This document shows positions 39,146 to 50,076 of a stretch of 64,000 nt of DNA, one piece after another. Numbering within the stretch: position 1 is the first letter of the stretch; each line of letters starts with the position of its first letter. Below the pieces are notes generated by a model. That model worked only from the letters and a program-made list of their open reading frames with translations, did not search any database and was not told the DNA's origin. Position numbers and translations under genes: made by a program. Source of the stretch: Marsupella aquatica (Eukaryota > Plantae > Marchantiophyta); contig OZ316899.1 in NCBI GenBank assembly GCA_973895155.1, positions 12,182,834 to 12,246,833 of the forward strand. The letters run 5' to 3'.

Positions 39146-39574
39146 ATGGCAAAAAATGATGACCCTTCCGCTCCAAAACCCAAATGGGTTCTGGAGGTCC
39201 ACCGCTACAACGCCGAAACTGATGGCCCAGTGGACTCACCACCAAGCTCTCCTCCGGCAAGGAAGAGTATTACCCCTCCGCTCAAGGCTGGATCATCATC
39301 CAGTCGGGTCCCGCCAGTTGCCTCTGCTTCAACTCAGCGACCTGCACCGCCGAAGGAAACAACTTCAAGCGTTGTTTCCAGAGCACCAATGTCTTCTCGC
39401 ACAAACGTATCCGTTTCTAAGGGAGTTTCAGAGAAGCGGAAGAGAGAGGAGGAGGAGTCTTACTGGAGGGACATCGACATACACAACTACTGGACATCCG
39501 ACATCCTCGCTTCGTCCGATTATGATACGGATTCGGACACAGATTCAGACGCCTACAAGGCAGCATCTCCATGA
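39146..39574 (+). CDS. Small Ser/Pro-rich hypothetical protein with acidic tail inside the MULE-like element
   Basis: 142-aa ATG ORF with basic KRKR and acidic C-terminus; no recognisable domain. Confidence 0.35.
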   Translation: MAKNDDPSAPKPKWVLEVHRYNAETDGPVDSPPSSPPARKSITPPLKAGSSSSRVPPVASASTQRPAPPKETTSSVVSRAPMSSRTNVSVSKGVSEKRKREEEESYWRDIDIHNYWTSDILASSDYDTDSDTDSDAYKAASP

Positions 39575-39770
39575 ATAGTACCCTAGACGACAATCACTCC
39601 GCGTTGCAAACCCCCGTAGTTTTACAATTAATCTCTGCCAAGTCCGTGACCTTAAAATGAAATGATCGGTAGGACACGGACATTTTGTCAGTTACAGATG
39701 TTTTGATAAATATTGGACAATATTCGAATAAAGCTTCGGAAGTTTTTTCAATTTCATGAGTGCATACCTT

Positions 39771-42700
39771 GCTAGCGAGATCGCTAGTAAATATTGCCTA
39801 TTGGTACTTGAGTGATTTCCGTTGTGGATAACATGCGAGCACAGAAAACATCCTCGCTTCCTCCGACTATGATACAGTATCCGACTCTGACTCCGATGCG
39901 TACAAGGCAGCGAGCCCTTGAATAGGAAACAGTAATGGTAGTCCATGTTGTAGGGGCATAAACATTTTGTAGACTGTGTCTATTTCGTAAATCTGGGATC
40001 CGAAAAAGTTCTTCGACACTCAATGTCCAACACAGTTGTAAGGGAGAACATCTTTGTTCATTTTGAAATAACTTCTTGAGAAGACTGCCGACTACAATGT
40101 TTGGACTTACAGTACTAGTTTTGCTAGCGACATCGCTAGTAAAACTATGCGTGACTAAAATGGTTTGTTTTCTCGAATGTATATCCCAAAAACAATTAAA
40201 ATACATGAGTTATTGAACTCTACGTTATGTAGAACTTGGTCAAAAAGAAACCATTTACAGGAAACCTAAAACTTTACTTTACGGGTTTAATGCCAGAGAC
40301 ATCGCTAGAAAAATAAACACTATTGCCGATACGTATAGAATAGTACTAGACCCTCGCTAACATTGCATACACAATATAATTAGTGAGGTGGAGGACTTTC
40401 CTCTGTTCTGAAAACCAAAAAGGCGACAAAATTAGGGACGTTGAAACGTTCACCTCAACGGATAATAGAGATTAAGTCAACTACACTGCAATGGAATCAA
40501 ACTCCTTACTTCAGCAACAGTAAGAATTGGCTGCTTCACAAGATCGTCTCTGTCTAGATTCAGTGAGAACTTGTTTAAGTACACCCAGAGGAGGTGTTTA
40601 CAAGACATATAGGGTCTTCCTCTTGTGTGTCTCTTGTAGAAGTCATCACATGAGCAAGAAGGAAAGCAACACACTTGGACCCAGTACTTGTGTGCAATTT
40701 TAGAATCTGTCTCGTGAGTGACGATAAGATATTGCCATCCCCACCCGTTTCCGAGGCATATCTTCTCACTTCCAATGACTCTCATATGTTCGTCAGTCGC
40801 AGATCGAATGCGTTTGAGAAGCTCCGGGGTGTTCTGGAAACGTTGACAAACGCCTTTCCCATTCCGGGTCTTGAATCTACGGTTTGGAATACCAATGTCA
40901 ACTCTTTCTGGGAAGGAGTTCACATCAATTCGGAGGTCAACACGATTTGGAGAGGAGAACGACCCAATCGGTGCTGGATCAGAGTATGATAATCCTCTGA
41001 TTTCAATCCCATTTCGAAGAAGAAAGTCAATCTCTGTTGGGGTCAACCTGGTCCCACTCTGGACTTGCAATGCCTCAGGTGGTTCCGGAAGCTGGGCAAG
41101 AGTCCTTCTGCCACCTGTTTTATGGCACCTATTATTTGGACAGAAGTATAGAAGCTGACAACCTCAATCCGTGAATCGCAACACCAACCACTCCAGCCCG
41201 GAATGCCTTCATTCCAGTTTCTTTGATGAGATTCCTGCACTCATCTCTTCCAAACACACTTCGGTCCACTCGTCCATTGCAAACAGGTCCACTCCCTTTT
41301 CCACTCCGCCTCAAGTGCCAGGTCCCATATGTCACATCAACCTCTTCAACAAAAGGGATCCTTCGGGGTGCATCCCGAATTTCATCCCGATTATTTTGAG
41401 GCTGTGGTATTTCTCCAACGTAGTTCGGGTCCTGTGTTGTATCTCCACGGCTAAGTTCTTCACCATCATCTGATATATTTATAACTTCACGAGGAAGAGA
41501 AGGTCCATGGCAAGTGGGGTTGTCTTCATCGCCAGGAAAGTCTGAAGGTCCACCACTATCAGAAGCACCGCTGAAGTTACCAAATTCTGTGTAAAGATTT
41601 CTTCTTTTCAAACTAGACCGCGACGCCACTATGCGCAATATCTTATCATGTCTATGAGAATCGTTTTCATGAATAGAAGCAGAAGCACTACCCTTCCGTT
41701 TCCCTGACGTTGTTCTAAGATCTCCATGTAAAGGCACAGTTCTATAGAACTCATATTTTCCAGATGATTCAAATAGTAGATTGGATGCCTTCTCATAGGC
41801 ATCCATAGACCCCATTGTATCTGCATTTATGAAGGCCAGCTCAAATATTGTAGGACCATTCCCACGGTGACACCCTTCCAAGTATGCAGTGAACGCTGCA
41901 ATCTGTCCAGCTGCTCGATTCTGGTCAACTTCACAGGCTTCAATCAAACCAATTTTCTTCTTCAGCTGGCAGGAATGCATTGATGCGTGAGCAGATTCAG
42001 CTCCCGCACAGTTTGGCATCAGAGCAGACTCCTTCGCAGTTTGCGTCTGAAAAATGAGCAGAGTTAACACTTGTATTCACTAGCGATATGTCTATTTTGA
42101 GACAGTCTAATGTTTCAGTCGGTGACCAAAATACATTTACGAAAAGAAGTTTTATTGCTAGCGATCTCGCTAGCTTAAACTCATCAGAAAGAATTCACCG
42201 TTACTCACCACACAAATAAAGTTACCCCATTGTCTCCACCGCACAACCCACCATGAAATCCACCCTTGTAGTGATTTAAGCTTGGAAGGGTGAGAATTCC
42301 CCTCTTTCCACCATTTTTGAATGTCTTCGGCGATACGATATGCTTCGACGTATGTTGGAGCAATTCTTAACTTCTCCCACATCTTATAGTGCTCCGCATG
42401 ACACCCCTCCTTGATCCCCTCCAAAGTGTGTCTTCTGAGGGATTGAGAGAGATGGAAAGCATCACTATGCTCTTTCAGAGGATTTCTGACACCTCCAAAA
42501 AATACCCTTCTCACAGAAATCCAGCCAGCCTCCGCATTGTCTGCTATGAATCCTCCAATAATGGGATTATGCACTCCATTCTTGGATGCGACATCTACCA
42601 TTAACCTCCACGCAGTTTCAAGCGACTCTGTGTCTTCGGCTCTCAACTCGCAAGTGAAAATTGTACACAGAGTGCGGTAATTATGGTCATACACGTGTGC

Positions 42701-45700
42701 GCTGAAGGTCAACCATCCACTAGTGATACGATGCATCACGTCAAAACTGACCCACGAACCTTCCAATGCTCCTCCAGCCTCCATGCTCCTCAAAATTTCC
42801 ACACCCGATCCAGGACCATTTGTACTCATTTTGAATACATGCGCTCGATCATTTCTGTTTCCTTGACCGGGAAACAGGTACCTCTGCACGAAAGGGAAAT
42901 TGTTACATGATTGCATTTCACGAAGTGAGTCAAGTTCTCCTTTTTTAGGATTATCCATCTTCACACTCCGAAGAATAGCTTGGAACTTTGGAGCGATAGA
43001 AACTACTCCGATCGAACTCCAAATTTCTTGTTGTTCTTCTCTCGACAACTGAGCCGATGATTCTGGATGCAATAGCGAGACAAGGTTCCCAATTGACTGG
43101 TTTCTCAGATGTGCGGGAGTTGAGACTGGATTCAACCGATGGACCCCTAAAACCACATCTTCCGCTGTTTTTCTCGTAGAACGAGATTTTCCCTTCCAAA
43201 CAGGGTGATCGTGGAATCCCATATGCACAGCCAATCTGGACATATGCATTGAAATGTGACTCTCCAAACCTTGCTTAGGGTACACATACAACAGTTTTGC
43301 CGGGCATTCTCGAATACAGAGAGGCCTCTCTTCACAGAAGCCACAGACAAGTCCTCCCTCACTCACTTGCTCTCCAAGACGAAAGATGTCAGTCAGCAAC
43401 CCTTTCCCTCTGAAAGCGCAGTCATTTTTCACTCCAGTATGTTTCAACTTCCGGCAACCCAAATTATGGCATTCGAGAATTCCAGCGCAACGAACTTTCG
43501 ACACAGCCCAATGAAACCTTGGCTTCAAATTCGCAGATGTAGTCACTAGTCTCGTCCAAGGATAGCCGTCCTTCTCTCGATCCATATCTTGGAGACCTCC
43601 TCCCCTCCCGCCCCACTCGACTGGAGGAAGTTCAAAAACAACGTTACCATTGTATGTCGATGGCAGAGTCGAAACCTGACATTCATTCCATTGATTCCCT
43701 CTTCTAAATTGTGCAAGTTCACTTGCTCCACTGATATTGAGAAAAGCGTCATAGGCACTCATCTGATACACTGTGCTCATGCTATCCCCAGTCCTTTCAA
43801 TCAAATTTGTCGCTAACCCTTCGGGTTCGGAACCATCTCATGACTTCATCGAACCACAAGATGTGTCTTGCCTTATACTCTCTGGAGATATTTCAATGAC
43901 CTCGGGAGCTCTGTCTTTGGGAGGCGTCCCAAGATCAATCACAGGAGTTTGATGAACGGGATCTAATTCCATGGGTTCCAAAATGACATCAGGAAAACCA
44001 TCTTTACTGGACAGAACCTCGACACAAGATCCAACCTTCAGCGTCCAGACCTTCCCGGAAGTACTACTGTCCTCTCTCAACTCGTGACTCCGTGGCCCAT
44101 TTTGAGAATACAACTCAAACAACTTCATGACAAGGTCATCTTTTGGAATTCCAAAACGAGTTGCAAGGAATGACTCTGTCACCCTAACCTCCGACGAGTC
44201 AGGGGCACTTGGGAGTACCACCACGTCTCCCATCATTCTACGCTCCAAAACCACCTTGGAATTCATCGACATCATCTCTTCTCAGCATACAAAAATACAA
44301 CCACTATGTTTTGAATCTCCCATACGAATCCTATTTGCAGGACCAAAACTGGGTTTTTCCCAACGGAAACAACAATCCGAACAGATTGTCAGTCGGTTCC
44401 CGTTGATTTTACCGTTATTTTGTCTTTTACTCAACGTATAGGGACGTCTCCCATGCTAGCGATCTCGCTAGCTTGGTTTTGATAGTTTTATGGCAAGAAA
44501 ACCATTGATTTCAACTCTTTTAAGGATACCTGTGTCATTGAGTTTATGCCAGCGATCTCGCTAGCCAAAAAGTCAAACTGATTTTTGAGGAAGTTTACCG
44601 TTAGGATTCCGTTGGGAATAGTCAACGGGTACCATAATGTCAACGGTACAAATTACACGGGACACCTGGAGTATTTTGTCTGGATAAGATTATCGGTCGT
44701 GAAGGTTGTTCTTCATGTTTTCCAAAAAGTACAACTAGTGGTCCCTGCCAGGAGATTTCTGTTATTCCTTACATCGTATTGTCGATCGTTGTCAGTATTC
44801 ACTATCGTAACTCTGTAAGGCTTTGGAGGGAGTTCGTAGCAGTTTGTACGGCTGTCCTAATTCTCCGAAAGGAGGTGCTCTGTGGACGTTTTTGACGCGT
44901 GCAGCCGCTGCAGTCTCCGGGCTCGAGCACTCTTCTCCGAAGGGTTTTATTTCATGGAGTCATCGTTGTCTCCAGAGAGTATTTCTTCGAGAGGATTGTT
45001 TCAGTCTAGGGAGTCGACAAGGAGAGAAACTAGGTCCACAGCGAACAAGAAAGCGCTTGCAGCGGGATGAAGACTCCAAGGCGGCCCAAGATGGTGACAG
45101 CGGTAGACGTAGTTGCTCTTGTGTTTGATCCGAGCGCTTCGGAACCTTACACGGTTGTCATAAACCGTCATCTTCACTCGTTTGGAGTGAATGAGTTCGG
45201 ATTTGCATTGGCTCCCCCCCGAATTCCTCTGTGCCGGATGAGAAACATGCAGATTGTCCGGTCTCTGCAGAAGGATTCCACTGCGATAGACACATTGAAG
45301 TCCGAGTTCAAAATGCAGGGTTACATCGAGGATGCGCCTCGATTTTACGTTCAAATGACAAACAAGGATGGAGAAATCCAGATCTGTACAGATGCCATCC
45401 GCGAAACTTGGGATGATATTTGGGTGTTGCAAAACGAGGAGTTTGAGCGCGAATGTGATTCTCATGTTTCTTTCCAGATCCTCAAGGACAAAATGTTCTG
45501 TGTTTTTGATGGAAACCACCGATTGTATTCGTGGAGCCAACTGGCGGAGGAACATCCGGATGATATTAAGTACCATCCTCGAGTGGTCTGCAAGATCTTT
45601 AGGGGTGAAAAGAACTCTTTCGTTCAGATCGAGTCGGCTATGCACGCATTGAACAGGTGGGACTTCTCATGATAAGATAGTTCTGAAATTTCATTTTTAC

Positions 45701-48020
45701 CAGGTCACTTTCAGCTAGCAATCTCGCTAACATGAGGCATGTTGTGGCAGGTTAACTCAATGTCATGTAGAGAATTCCTGGGTTTTGGAGGCTGAACGCG
45801 TCCAGAAGATTCTGAACAATGACTTATCCGTTTACAAAGATATCATCGACGCTGAGAATTACAAACTTTTCCAGCAGAAGATGGCCAATGTGCGGAAGGC
45901 CGCATGGTATTCGAAGAACATGACGCTGGATGCCTGCACTTATATTCTATCCGCTGCTAACATTGCATCGCAGACCGAGGACCTTAAGAAGAAATTTGCT
46001 CTTAAGGAGGCTCAAGGCGAGCCCCTTTCCAAGGCTGCATAGGACTTAGCAATGCGTGACATGATGAAAGAACAACTTGCTGATTGGAATGTGAAAGTTC
46101 CAAAGATCGGTCCATTACTAAATCCTGAGCTTGGAGACTTTTTCAAGAAATGTGTCAAAATGCATAACTACTGCGAGAACGAGAGAAAGGAGGCCCAGAG
46201 AACAAATGACAAAGGCAGGGGAAATGTTTCTTGTGGTCTTGATCAAGCTCGATTGTTCACTGGTGTGACCTCTTTATCCCCAGAGCTCCGATGTACACTC
46301 CTGGAGGCACAGTGTCGTCCTGAGCTTCGGAAAAAATTCTTTCATCCAGGTCAATTCTCAGATGGTGAGACTAAGCTTTGGCTTCATCGTTGGGCAGTGT
46401 GGGAGCAAGTCGAGTCAATTTTGTCTTCCCTCATGTCTGAAATTGTTTATGAGGTAATGCCTACTGTCCCTGAGTCGAGGATCCTTACGTCTTCAGAGAA
46501 GACAAAAGCTTCGCTAATCCTTGACATTGAGGAGGATTTTGAGGATTTCCAAACTCGTGTGAAAACTCGTTTTTTCAAGCAGATTTGGCCACCCAAGACA
46601 GGAGAGAAGGTAGACATTACATTGTTTCGGAGGAGAGCGAAGAGATACACGTATCGATTTTTTGTAGACAGAGAAGTAGCAGACAAATTTTACTGGTGGT
46701 CCTACCCAGCCTGTTTCTCCCCATGGATAGCCGGGGTTAAAGAGGACCCTACAAGTGATAAGTTTGGGGAATATTGTATGTTTCCTTGCGAGGGAAGTGA
46801 AGCTCTGAGGAGATTGAGCGAGTGGGAGGTTCTTCATTGTCCATGGTATTTGGACTCGGACAAATGGTCTGTGACATTTGACACTACAGAGAAAGCAGCT
46901 CTTCACATGATCAATCGAGGATTCCTTCTGGAATCTTACATCTCCGAGTCCAAATTGGCACCCACTGATGCTGAAGTTGGTGGTTGCGAGGCGATGGAAA
47001 AAGCTTGTCTTGGTGTAGCTGCCATAGTGGATAGGAGTCGAGCACGGAAGCCAAGAAAAGGAGCATTGAAGGACACATCCAAAGATGGGTCCCAGATTTC
47101 CGGAAAGCCAAGTAAGTCTGTTAATTGTATGTTACTTTTTATTTTTAAGTCCGGATGTGTGTCGAATATACAGACACTAATGTCTTTTGCTTCACAGAGA
47201 GGAGGAAGGGAGCGGCTTCTGAGAGTTTGAAGAGTGGAGCAGATGATGGTGAGGAACCTCAGTCCCCAGATGCCGAAGTCACAACAAAGAGCGCAGTGGA
47301 TTTAGGAAGTATAAAACGTTTGAAACGGAAGCGGAACATCCAGATTCTTTCAGATTCGGACAATGAGGAAGTTTCAGTTGCTCAAGGTGTTGCTCGGATG
47401 TGTGGTTTGAAGATGGATGGGCAGCGACATTTCCTGGCTCGTAGCAATTTGACCGATACTGCAAACTCAATTAGCGTAAGTAAAGTGAGGCCATCTTGGA
47501 TGGGAGATGGAGATCGATGGATTACTGGGATGTCGAAGAGCGTAGAGTGCCCGAACCATGTCGTAATTAATGGAAAGCCTTATGCTGGGATTGGAGCACA
47601 TTTGGGATTCATTTCTCTTCCAACTGGGCATAGAACAAGCGTTACAGACAAACAGGTTCCGTCTTGGAATGTTTGGAGCGAGAAACTCCCATATTATTTT
47701 TTTGGAGTGATGAAACCAATGCTTTCAGACGACGGATATGTTGCTGTCTTGCACAGCTCAGACTTCAATCACAGAGGCAAATATTTACGGCAGTTGAGCA
47801 AAAAAACAATTCAAACATGTGCAGCAATATACCATTTTGTTGTCCACCCCTTTATGGAGGGCAGATATGGATATTGAGGTAGTTATCCCTTAAATTTCTT
47901 GAGAGTTTTAATGCTAGCGATGTCGCTAACAAAATTATAATTTTCAGCTACCAAACATATCTTGTTTAGGTGTTAATTTTCTATTTTCCGACTAAGTTAA
48001 TGCTAGCGAGCTCGCTAACA
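39771..48020. promoter_or_regulatory. Dispersed 18-bp palindrome GCTAGCGA-NN-TCGCTAGC
   Basis: Copies at 39771, 40123, ~40292, 42157, 44455, 44548, 45714, 47913, 48002, with partial copies at ~38330-38355, ~40345, ~42079, ~49303-49339. All lie in introns or intergenic DNA of the element. Function is inferred. Confidence 0.75.
40477..44275 (-). pseudogene. MULE-type transposase with N-terminal GCM/WRKY-like Zn domain and C-terminal SWIM finger (intron 42208-42047; one stop at 43840-43838; frameshift near 41150)
   Basis: CAGILEC..C..CGFC..CPAK..HMGFHDHP (Zn); SFDVMHR (D1), FIADNAEAG (D2), DAFH (CxxH position), AGAESAH (E); SWIM SCSCDDF...SCKHLLWV; GTGAGT donor and TTTTCAG acceptor in frame. 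Confidence 0.82.
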
Positions 48021-48567
48021 AAGTTAGCATTGTTTCTGATGTATTTTGGTTTTTATGCAGGTGTGCACTCTCATCCTGGATGTTTTTTGTCGGGTGGAAT
48101 TTAGTGCAAAGATTCCTAAAGACCCAGCGTATGTTCCATTGACGTCTTCGGAAGATGCAAGACATAAGTCAATGTTGAGTGTTTGTTACCCTAAGACTGA
48201 CCCCTGTCCAGAAGCGGCTGTTGCTGGATCAAAAAGGCTTTCAATTGGGTTCATGCAAGCCGTGATGGAATTCCTCACAAAACCCAAAGACATAGTCCTT
48301 GACTGGACTGTGTGTGACGGTAGCTCGTTTTCTGCCAGAGAATTCTCCGGGAGATTTGTTGTCGGTGTTGAAGACAAGGACATTCTCCATTGCTGTGCAG
48401 AAAAAACTTTAAACAGTGTTCTGGCGAGGCATTCGAGCAAGGCAAAGCAGATTAGGGATCAGCCAGCCAAGGTTAATCAAGACGCTGGGTCGGATGATGA
48501 GTTCACGATTCCAGGGGATGAACAGGCTGGGCCTTCAAGCGAGAAAGATGAATTCGACCTGGAGTAA
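45067..48567 (+). pseudogene. ParB/Srx-like domain plus beta-class N6A/N4C DNA methyltransferase-like protein; exons 45067-45656, 45751-47111, 47198-47878, 48061-48567
   Basis: N-terminal IDTLKSEFKMQGY..FCVFDGNHRL (ParB/sulfiredoxin DGxHR motif). C-terminal HLGFISLPTG..MKPMLSDDGYVAV followed by FLTKPKDIVLDWTVCDGSSFSAREFSGRFVVGVE (N6_N4_Mtase-like order, catalytic motif before SAM-binding motif). Three GT-AG introns in phase; one TAG (46040-46042) and probable frameshifts ~47770-47810. Confidence 0.7.
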
Positions 48568-49797
48568 AGTACTTGGCCTCTTCTGATGTTGGACTCCCTA
48601 TTTGGTTTCTTTTGTTTTCTTTATTTTGTTGCTTTTCGTCAACTGATGTCGGTGGTTGCGTCAGTGATAGGAGGGTGGATTGGTTTTCTGAGGAGAGATT
48701 TCGTCTTCGGAGGGAAGTCCAGGAGTCCATTGTGGTTACTCCTGAGAAGCCTTTTACTCTTCCGTGCTATGCTGAGACATTGGCGAGGCAGGTTGATGAA
48801 GATCCTGTTATCTTGACTTGGGAATCGAAAGGACTTCGGTCCATGAGAGGTGCTCGAAGATATCTGGATTGTTCAAGGTTTATCGACAATGAGGCGGGGA
48901 CAGTCCGTCAGTATTTAGATGAGTCTGCCGAGTCCACGGAGAGGGAGACCAGTAGCGATCCTAGTAGTAGTGACATCTCTGATGAATCAGAGGATGAAGT
49001 TTATGACTGATCAAGTAAGAGGAAGTAGGACTGGATGTACTGGTCGAGGTCGACTCTTACCGTTTTTCTGTCTTGAAGTTGTTGGCGATCCACACTTTCA
49101 ATGTAAAGAGGTTCCATATTTTGATGGGAGTTTCTAGTTTTGGTGATCCTTTTTAGATGATTAAAACGTGTGTGGCTCAAGTATGGAATACTTATGAAAA
49201 TCATGCAGGATTTTCCATTGTCATATTCTTTTCATTATTGTAAGAGGTGGAAAATTGAGATTGTTTGGGCATTGTTTTTGTGGAATGTGAGATAAATGTA
49301 TCCGCCAGAATGCTTCGCTAACAATGTTGCCTCGCTAGCAAAATCTCCTGTTTCCTCGCACCGTACAATTCCTCGTATGGCAATGGCATGGTATAACTTA
49401 GTCAGTAGGAGTCATCTTTCTAGTTGTGAGTCACATCAACTTGTGTGAAGATTGCCCACATCAACTACAGGAGAGAAAGGAAGTTTAGGAGCAAGGAGAG
49501 TTGGATGTGTGAGCTGAGAGGGATCTTAGCGGCTACCCAAGCCGATTGGGCAGAATCCAAACATACCTGAAGGGAGACCAGTAGAAGAGAGAAAGGAGAG
49601 GCCTAGAGTAGACCGGGTGCATATCTCATGACTCGATGAAGGATCTGTCCAGTATATTGGTTAAAAAGTTAGTAGAGTTAGCTGCGTCCCATGCCAATAA
49701 GCCACGGAACCGGCCTTGGCAAGAACAAAACCGGTGGGAATCGGCTTGTTCAGGGCGGGTTCTTGGGTTTAGAGAGCCAAAGGGCGCGCCACATTTT

Positions 49798-49816
49798 TGG
49801 TGCTAGATGGAGGGGG
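49798..49816 (+). promoter_or_regulatory. Primer-binding site, Tat/Retand-like
   Basis: TGGTGCTAGATGGAGGGGG a few nt after an LTR-type CA end; resembles the TGGCGCTAGAAGGAGGG PBS I recall from plant Tat elements. Confidence 0.6.
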
Positions 49817-50076
49817 CATTTCTTAAGCCGTGAGATATGGATCTAGGTAAGGGAGTGTAGGTAATGACTGAAACTACACCTAGGGAAGAAAGAGCGATAC
49901 AACGGGAGAGAGCTTGTTTGCAACATATCGTCGGATGGCAGGAAACATAGCAACTGAGAGTGGTAGATAGAGCTAGTAGCTCCATGATAGAGAGTGGTGT
50001 TGAGGACGAGGAATTAGAAGAAGGATCGGTTACCTGGAGTCCGTTCAATTCAAGCACTAGCTCCCCAACTGAGAGC

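Larger units (their letters stand above)
38242..49367. mobile_element. Mutator-like (MULE-type DDE) DNA transposon, 11.1 kb, short TIRs
   Basis: 20-bp TIR TGTAGCGTGCGAGGAAACAG (38242-38261) vs rc TGTACGGTGCGAGGAAACAG (49348-49367); contains a DDE/SWIM transposase and a divergent accessory gene; TSD unresolved. Confidence 0.85.
33039..49793 (+). mobile_element. Remainder of a large ORF-bearing 5' LTR of a Tat-like Ty3/gypsy element, hosting four nested insertions
   Basis: Homologous to 28380 onward; ends GCGCCACA at 49793, directly before a PBS and then gag. Confidence 0.6.

Noticed and set aside
45067-48567. Bacterial or phage contamination as the source of the ParB/MTase gene
   Set aside because: The gene has in-phase GT-AG introns and lies inside TIRs nested in plant retroelement DNA.
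48573-49010. Additional MULE accessory ORF
   Set aside because: Non-ATG start in the track, no domain recognised; may be a further exon but unsupported.
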